Origin: Candidatus Moranella endobia PCIT | Lineage (GTDB): Bacteria; Pseudomonadota; Gammaproteobacteria; Enterobacterales; Enterobacteriaceae | Assembly (NCBI RefSeq): GCF_000219175.1 | Contig: NC_015735.1 | Coordinates: forward strand, 480,001-512,000 | Direction of reading: 5' to 3' | Length of the DNA: 32,000 bases | Shown: piece after piece, positions 26,789 to 32,000 of the stretch | How positions within the stretch are numbered: position 1 is the first letter of the stretch | How the letters are laid out: every line of letters begins with the position of its first letter | Program-made: the position numbers and the translations under genes | The notes under the pieces: model-generated | Seen by the model: the letters and a program-made list of their open reading frames with translations, nothing else | What the model was told of the DNA's origin: nothing | The model's database searches: none

Positions 26789-27973
26789 TTAAGCGATAAG
26801 TTTAGTCACCACACCAGCGCCAACGGTATGGCCGCCTTCGCGGATAGCAAAACGCAAACCATCGGCCATGGCGATCGGGGCAATCAGGTTGACCACCATT
26901 TTAACGTTGTCGCCAGGCATCACCATGTCAACTCCTTCTGGCAGTTCGATGGTACCGGTAACGTCAGTAGTACGGAAGTAGAACTGCGGACGGTAGCCTT
27001 TAAAGAAGGGTGTATGACGGCCGCCTTCTTCTTTGCGCAAAATATACACTTCAGATTCAAACTTAGTATGTGGCTTAATCGAACCTGGTTTAGCCAGAAC
27101 CTGGCCCCGCTCAACGTCGTCACGCTTAGTGCCACGCAGCAGCACGCCCACGTTCTCGCCGGCACGTCCTTCATCCAGTAGTTTACGGAACATTTCAACG
27201 CCGGTGCAGGTTGTTTTGGTGGTATTTTTCATGCCAACAATTTCCACTTCGTCACCCACCTTGACGGTGCCGCGTTCCACACGACCAGTAACCACGGTGC
27301 CGCGACCTGAGATTGAAAAAACATCTTCGATAGGCAGTAGGAACGGCTGGTCAATGGCACGTTCTGGTTCCGGAATGTAATTATCCAGCGCGTTCGCCAG
27401 TTCAATAATTTTTTGCGTCCAATGTTCGTCACCTTCCAGGGCTTTCAGCGCGGAGCCGCGGATCACCGGCGTCTCATCGCCCGGGAAGTCGTACTGAGAC
27501 AGTAGTTCTCGAACTTCCATTTCCACTAGTTCCAACAACTCTTCGTCTTCGACCATGTCACATTTGTTAATGAACACGATGATGTTAGGTACGCCTACTT
27601 GGCGACCTAACAGAATGTGTTCGCGGGTCTGGGGCATCGGACCGTCGGTGGCGGCAACCACCAGAATCGCGCCATCCATCTGGGCCGCGCCAGTGATCAT
27701 GTTTTTCACATAGTCGGCGTGCCCCGGGCAGTCTACATGCGCGTAGTGATGGCGCGGGGTATCGTATTCAACGTGCGAAGTGTTAATAGTGATACCGCGG
27801 GCTTTTTCTTCTGGCGCGTTGTCGATCTGATCAAAGGCACACGCGTTTCCGCCGTAAGCCTTGGCCAGAACGGTGGTGATGGCGGCGGTTAAGGTAGTTT
27901 TACCATGGTCAACGTGGCCGATAGTACCGACGTTAACGTGTGGTTTAGTGCGTTGAAACGTTTCTTTAGACAT
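26789..27973 (-). CDS. tuf: Elongation factor Tu (394 aa)
   Basis: [42 protein letters not shown]...NKCDMV...; start chosen by homology within ORF 26789..28012. Confidence 0.99.
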   Translation of the reverse strand: MSKETFQRTKPHVNVGTIGHVDHGKTTLTAAITTVLAKAYGGNACAFDQIDNAPEEKARGITINTSHVEYDTPRHHYAHVDCPGHADYVKNMITGAAQMDGAILVVAATDGPMPQTREHILLGRQVGVPNIIVFINKCDMVEDEELLELVEMEVRELLSQYDFPGDETPVIRGSALKALEGDEHWTQKIIELANALDNYIPEPERAIDQPFLLPIEDVFSISGRGTVVTGRVERGTVKVGDEVEIVGMKNTTKTTCTGVEMFRKLLDEGRAGENVGVLLRGTKRDDVERGQVLAKPGSIKPHTKFESEVYILRKEEGGRHTPFFKGYRPQFYFRTTDVTGTIELPEGVDMVMPGDNVKMVVNLIAPIAMADGLRFAIREGGHTVGAGVVTKLIA

Positions 27974-28076
27974 CGCTTGTCCCTCTAAGACACAAACATA
28001 TCGGTGGTTCAATTAGGCGAAATACCTGCTAATGTTTTGTAAATTCATCCAGAATCAGGAAGGAGACAAAAAGTAG

Positions 28077-28152
28077 TGGTGCTAATAGGCAGATTCGAAC
28101 TGCCGACCTCACCCTTACCAAGGGTGTGCTCTACCACCTGAGCTATATCAGC
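28077..28152 (-). tRNA. tRNA-Thr (anticodon GGT)
   Basis: Minus strand GCTGATATAGCTCAGGTGGTAGAGCACACCCTTGGTAAGGGTGAGGTCGGCAGTTCGAATCTGCCTATTAGCACCA. Confidence 0.98.
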
Positions 28153-28156
28153 AGAT

Positions 28157-28231
<75 letters not shown>

Positions 28232-28304
28232 AGCTTGGACTCGGCTACCTGATATTTATTAGGTCTTTTCCCCGGTAGTTCATAACCATTGGCTTTTCCT
28301 AATT

Positions 28305-28389
28305 TGGTGGTGGGGGAAGGATTCGAACCTTCGAAGTCTGTGACGGCAGATTTACAGTCTGCTCCCTTTAACCGCTCGGGAACCCCACC
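28305..28389 (-). tRNA. tRNA-Tyr (anticodon GTA)
   Basis: Minus strand GGTGGGGTTCCCGAGCGGTTAAAGGGAGCAGACTGTAAATCTGCCGTCACAGACTTCGAAGGTTCGAATCCTTCCCCCACCACCA. Confidence 0.98.
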
Positions 28390-28397
28390 TGATCCTT

Positions 28398-28473
28398 TGG
28401 TGCCGGCAGAAGGAGTCGAACCCTCGACCCACTGATTACAAGTCAGTTGCTCTTCCAACTGAGCTATGCCGGC
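28398..28473 (-). tRNA. tRNA-Thr (anticodon TGT)
   Basis: Minus strand GCCGGCATAGCTCAGTTGGAAGAGCAACTGACTTGTAATCAGTGGGTCGAGGGTTCGACTCCTTCTGCCGGCACCA. Confidence 0.98.
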
Positions 28474-28487
28474 ATTAAGTGTTTCGC

Positions 28488-28516
28488 ATTCTAGGTAGAG
28501 CTGATGACCTATGCAA
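28488..28516 (-). promoter_or_regulatory. Sigma70 promoter for the tRNA-Thr-Tyr-Gly-Thr-tuf operon
   Basis: Minus strand TTGCAT, 17 nt, TAGAAT, with the -10 ending 14 nt before the first tRNA. Confidence 0.7.
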
Positions 28517-28636
28517 CAAAAAAATCGAGAAAATTTCAATTTTACGCAAAAAAAACCAATGTGACGACGTAACCCGCGAACTCTACTACTCTACTAGAAG
28601 CAGTTAATACTGCTTATGCAGCAGTATTAGGCAGTA

Positions 28637-29704
28637 TTAGTTAGTTAATAGCATAACTATACTGATGATCATAAAAACCATGCTGGGTAGTAATGCACCG
28701 AATACTGGCGGCAGGTTGTATACTAGACCTAATGGCCCGCAGATGTGATCCAAGACGTGAAACAATAAACTGCAACTTATGCCTGTAATGAATCGTACCG
28801 CCGGAGGCACGCTGCGCAGCGGTCCGAAAATAAAAGACAGTGCCACTAGCATCATCACCACCACTGAGAAAGGAGAGAAAATTTTGCTCCACAGCTTCAA
28901 CTGGTAACGTTTGAAGTTCTGCCCACTCTGCTGAAGATACTTAACGTAATTAGCCAACCCAGAGATAGACAATGAATTTGGCAACGCTATTACCCCCAAT
29001 TTATCCGGCGTCAGATTGGTTTCCCATTCAACGTTTAGGTGTTGCTGACCATTGATTTGATGGCGGTTAGTTAAATTAACTTCTTCCACCTGTGATAGTT
29101 TCCAACTGCCATTGTTAAAGTGAGCCGTTGCGGCATAGCGCAGCGACTGTAGCCGTTCTGCTTTTTGATCGAAGTGATAAATATTGACGCCGGCCAGCTT
29201 ATCATTGCCAACTAACCGCTCGATGAAAATAAAATCATCACCGTCCTTGGCCCATAGACCGTGTTTATTTGACTGCATGGAGCCGACGTTAATTGCTCGG
29301 TTGCGGTAATGATAGGCTATTTGCTCGCTTGCTGGAGCTACCCATTCGCCGATGGCCAGGCTCAACAGCACCAGTGCAATGGTTGTTTTCATGACTGAAC
29401 TGGCTACCTGCAGTTGGCTGAAACCAGCTGCCTGCATTACCACTAGTTCACTGCTGGTTGCCAGAGAACCCAGCCCCAGCAACGTGCCAATTAGAGTAGC
29501 CATCGGAAAAAAGATCTCGCTATCCTTGGGCACGCTAAGTAAGGTAAACAGACCTGCGCCCATTACCGAGTAGTCCCCCTGGCCAACTTTGCGCATTTGC
29601 TCAACGAATTTGATCAGACTAGATAGCGACACCAGCAGGAACAAGGTCATCATTATGGGATTGAAAATTGTTTTACCAATGTAGCGGTCCAAGACCCTCA
29701 ACAT
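28637..29704 (-). CDS. lptG: LPS export ABC transporter permease LptG
   Basis: MLRVLDRYIGKTIFNPIMMTLFLLVSLSSLIKFVEQMRKVGQGDY...SELVVMQAAGFS...LTPDKLGVIALPNSLSISGLANYVKYLQQSGQNFKRYQLKLWSKIFSPFSV; start chosen by homology. Confidence 0.95.
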   Translation of the reverse strand: MLRVLDRYIGKTIFNPIMMTLFLLVSLSSLIKFVEQMRKVGQGDYSVMGAGLFTLLSVPKDSEIFFPMATLIGTLLGLGSLATSSELVVMQAAGFSQLQVASSVMKTTIALVLLSLAIGEWVAPASEQIAYHYRNRAINVGSMQSNKHGLWAKDGDDFIFIERLVGNDKLAGVNIYHFDQKAERLQSLRYAATAHFNNGSWKLSQVEEVNLTNRHQINGQQHLNVEWETNLTPDKLGVIALPNSLSISGLANYVKYLQQSGQNFKRYQLKLWSKIFSPFSVVVMMLVALSFIFGPLRSVPPAVRFITGISCSLLFHVLDHICGPLGLVYNLPPVFGALLPSMVFMIISIVMLLTN

Positions 29705-30795
29705 GAGGGTGCGCCTTTTGGTAGCAGCCACCCACGCAGCCTTCTGATCGGTACGGTGTCCAACACATTCAATATTAGCCCTAGCACTAGAAACAACACA
29801 TTGGTCAGCCACAGCCAAAACATCGGGTCAAGCTTGCCCTTGGCACTATGATAGCGCAGGGTAATTTGTAGCAAAAAGAACAGTAGATATAGCAGCATTG
29901 CTGGTAGTATACGCAGCACGATACTCTGCTGCCGTTGGTTAACTACCGACAGCGGTACCACCATTATGGTCATAATCAACACCGACACAACTAACGTTAG
30001 CCTCCAGTGAAACTCAGCGCGCGCCTCCGGCTCAGACGAGTGCCACAGTTGGTGCATTGTCATTTGCTTAGTTTCGATGCTATTCGCCACAGATCTAGAG
30101 CCGATCAGCGCTTGATATTTAGCAAAACTAGTAATGCAGAAATCTCGCAGCAAAGCAGTCCCCTCATAGCTAGTACCATTATCCAGCATTAAGATTTGCG
30201 AGCCGTCAGACAGCTTGGTCATATGGCCACGGTCTGCCATAATAACGAAAGGGCGAGCATGGCAATTTGGCTTGATCTTTGCCATGAATATATGTTCAAA
30301 CACTGTATCCTGAACTTTACCCACGAACAGCACCAAATTACCGTTATCGGCTAATTTGAATTGCCCAGCCGCTGTGCTAAGATTAACTTTTGCGTCCGAT
30401 ATTACTATCGCTTGATAACGTGACAAACCGGGTGAAAGCCATATCACATTCACCGCTGCTACTATCGCGTTCATCAAACTGAGCAGCAGCGCCACACGGA
30501 TCAAAATACTTTTACCAAACCCACAAGCGTATATAACCGTAATTTCATTTGCAGCGTACATACGGCTAAGTATCACTAACACACCAAGGAATAGACTCAA
30601 GGGAAGAATTAATTGCACCATTGCCGGCAAACTTAATCCCAGTAAGGCTAACACTACGTTTAGTGGAATATCTCCCTCCACTACTGTGCCTAAAAGTTGT
30701 CCCAGTTTTTGGCATAAAAAAACCAACAGCAGGATGAACAGAATGGCGAGCTGGCTTTTAACGGTCTCCCAAACCAGATATCTAGTAATAATCAC
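29698..30795 (-). CDS. lptF: LPS export ABC transporter permease LptF, probable GTG start
   Basis: VIITRYLVWETVKSQLAILFILLLVFLCQKLGQLLG..VEGDIPLNVVLALLGLSLPAMVQLILPLSLFLG...LLRDFCITSFAKYQALIG; ORF 29698..30909 has an implausible 38-aa N-terminal extension. Confidence 0.93.
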   Translation of the reverse strand: MIITRYLVWETVKSQLAILFILLLVFLCQKLGQLLGTVVEGDIPLNVVLALLGLSLPAMVQLILPLSLFLGVLVILSRMYAANEITVIYACGFGKSILIRVALLLSLMNAIVAAVNVIWLSPGLSRYQAIVISDAKVNLSTAAGQFKLADNGNLVLFVGKVQDTVFEHIFMAKIKPNCHARPFVIMADRGHMTKLSDGSQILMLDNGTSYEGTALLRDFCITSFAKYQALIGSRSVANSIETKQMTMHQLWHSSEPEARAEFHWRLTLVVSVLIMTIMVVPLSVVNQRQQSIVLRILPAMLLYLLFFLLQITLRYHSAKGKLDPMFWLWLTNVLFLVLGLILNVLDTVPIRRLRGWLLPKGAPSC

Positions 30796-31137
30796 ACTTA
30801 TGGCGCCTGTAAAAACTTGTTTATTTGTAGAAAGTAGAAAAGATTTAGTAATTTTCATCACTAATCTATCATTGATACTTCTAAAAAACTTACATGTGGT
30901 TGATAGCACAGGTTGCTATCACATTATATTTTAATCTTTTGCTGATAAAATATAACCAACATGGAACTTGATAACCGTTTTACGCTGGTGGCCTAGCGAT
31001 GATTGTTTTTGCCATTAACAGACCAGCCCATTATATCCCGCGCTAATGTTTTTTTTATAGAATTTAATTGGTGAATTTTGTCTGCCTGCTCGGCAGACCG
31101 CAGGTTGTTTTTATGTAATTAACTGATTAACTGGCAC

Positions 31138-31581
31138 ATGAAAAACGCAACCTTTTATTTACTCAACCAAGCCAGTCTTAACCTCATGGAATGGCTGGCC
31201 TGTTATTTTACCGTCGATAAATGGCGGGAGGGCAAACTGGTACTTATCGCCTGTGAGGATGAAGCCCAAGCGCTTAGAATAGACGAAGCGCTGTGGGCGT
31301 GCGATCCTGATACTTTCGTACCACATAACCTGACGGGAGAATGCTCGCCATACGGCACGCCAGTAGAAATTTGCTGGCAACAGCGCCGTGGTAGTAACAT
31401 GAATAGGGAGGTGTTGATAAGCTTGCTGTTGTCGGTCTACGCGGATTTTGCCTCATCGTTTAATGAAGTCATTGATTTCGTTCCGGCTGAAGCAACTTTA
31501 AAACAGCTGGCGCGCAATCGTTATAAAACTTATCGTAGCGTTGGCTTCCAATTGACTACGGCAATACCACCAACAAGGTGA
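31138..31581 (+). CDS. holC: DNA polymerase III subunit chi
   Basis: [11 protein letters not shown]...[40 protein letters not shown]...[10 protein letters not shown]...[30 protein letters not shown]. Confidence 0.95.
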   Translation: MKNATFYLLNQASLNLMEWLACYFTVDKWREGKLVLIACEDEAQALRIDEALWACDPDTFVPHNLTGECSPYGTPVEICWQQRRGSNMNREVLISLLLSVYADFASSFNEVIDFVPAEATLKQLARNRYKTYRSVGFQLTTAIPPTR

Positions 31582-31595
31582 TTAAAACAAGTATC

Positions 31596-32000
31596 ATGGA
31601 TAAAAAATACCAGCCCAAAAAGATCGAGCAACAGCTGTATAAGCACTGGGAGCAGCGTGGTTATTTCAAGCCGCACAATGACCACAAGCAGGATAGCTAC
31701 TGCATCATGATCCCGCCGCCAAATATTACTGGCAGCCTACATATGGGCCATGCCTTCCAACAGACTATTATGGATACTCTTATTCGTTATCAGCGTATGT
31801 TGGGTAAAAATACTTTGTGGCAGGTTGGTACAGATCACGCCGGCATCGCGACGCAGATGGTGGTTGAACGCAAAATGGTCGCAGAAGAGGGCAAAAACCG
31901 CCACGATTGCGGCCGCGCCGCTTTCATTACTAAGATTTGGCAGTGGGAAGCACAATCCAGCGGCACCATTAACCATCAGATGCGCCGACTTGGCGTTTCT
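31596..32000 (+). CDS. valS: Valyl-tRNA synthetase, 3' end beyond the window
   Basis: [93 protein letters not shown]...; open to the window end. Confidence 0.98.
   Translation, partial: MDKKYQPKKIEQQLYKHWEQRGYFKPHNDHKQDSYCIMIPPPNITGSLHMGHAFQQTIMDTLIRYQRMLGKNTLWQVGTDHAGIATQMVVERKMVAEEGKNRHDCGRAAFITKIWQWEAQSSGTINHQMRRLGVS

Noticed and set aside
26759-27892. Several antisense and alternate-frame ORFs over tuf (26759-27181, 26920-27198, 27033-27380, 27617-27892)
   Set aside because: All overlap the fully conserved EF-Tu frame and have no independent homology.

Overview
This 32 kb window looks like a chromosomal segment of a reduced, Enterobacterales-like gammaproteobacterial genome, probably an insect-endosymbiont type. 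That lineage is my inference from protein similarity and E. coli-like gene order. Nearly everything is core housekeeping: rplQ (partial), groL-groS, grpE, smpB-ssrA, glnS, orn, erpA, tRNA-Phe, xthA, tyrS, tRNA-Ser, tRNA-Asn, decayed thiC, intact thiE, rpoC-rpoB-rplL-rplJ-rplA-rplK, nusG-secE, tuf with its tRNA cluster Thr(GGT)-Gly-Tyr-Thr(TGT), lptG-lptF, holC and the start of valS. I found no mobile element, CRISPR array, toxin/defence locus or other obvious novel system. Four observations deserve most attention. (1) An unannotated 47-aa yacG-like Cys4 zinc-finger ORF lies on the minus strand at about 9516-9659, below the ORF-track length cutoff. (2) A badly decayed zapD remnant lies immediately upstream of it (9706-9993, minus). 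(3) thiC has an internal deletion of roughly 100 codons plus frameshifts, while thiE is intact. (4) The tmRNA encodes an unusually long, divergent proteolysis tag (ANDSQYESVALAA). Sigma32-like promoters upstream of groS and grpE, a strong stable-RNA promoter, and the conserved rplL-rpoB attenuator are also visible. Comparisons with E. coli proteins are from recall, not from a database search.
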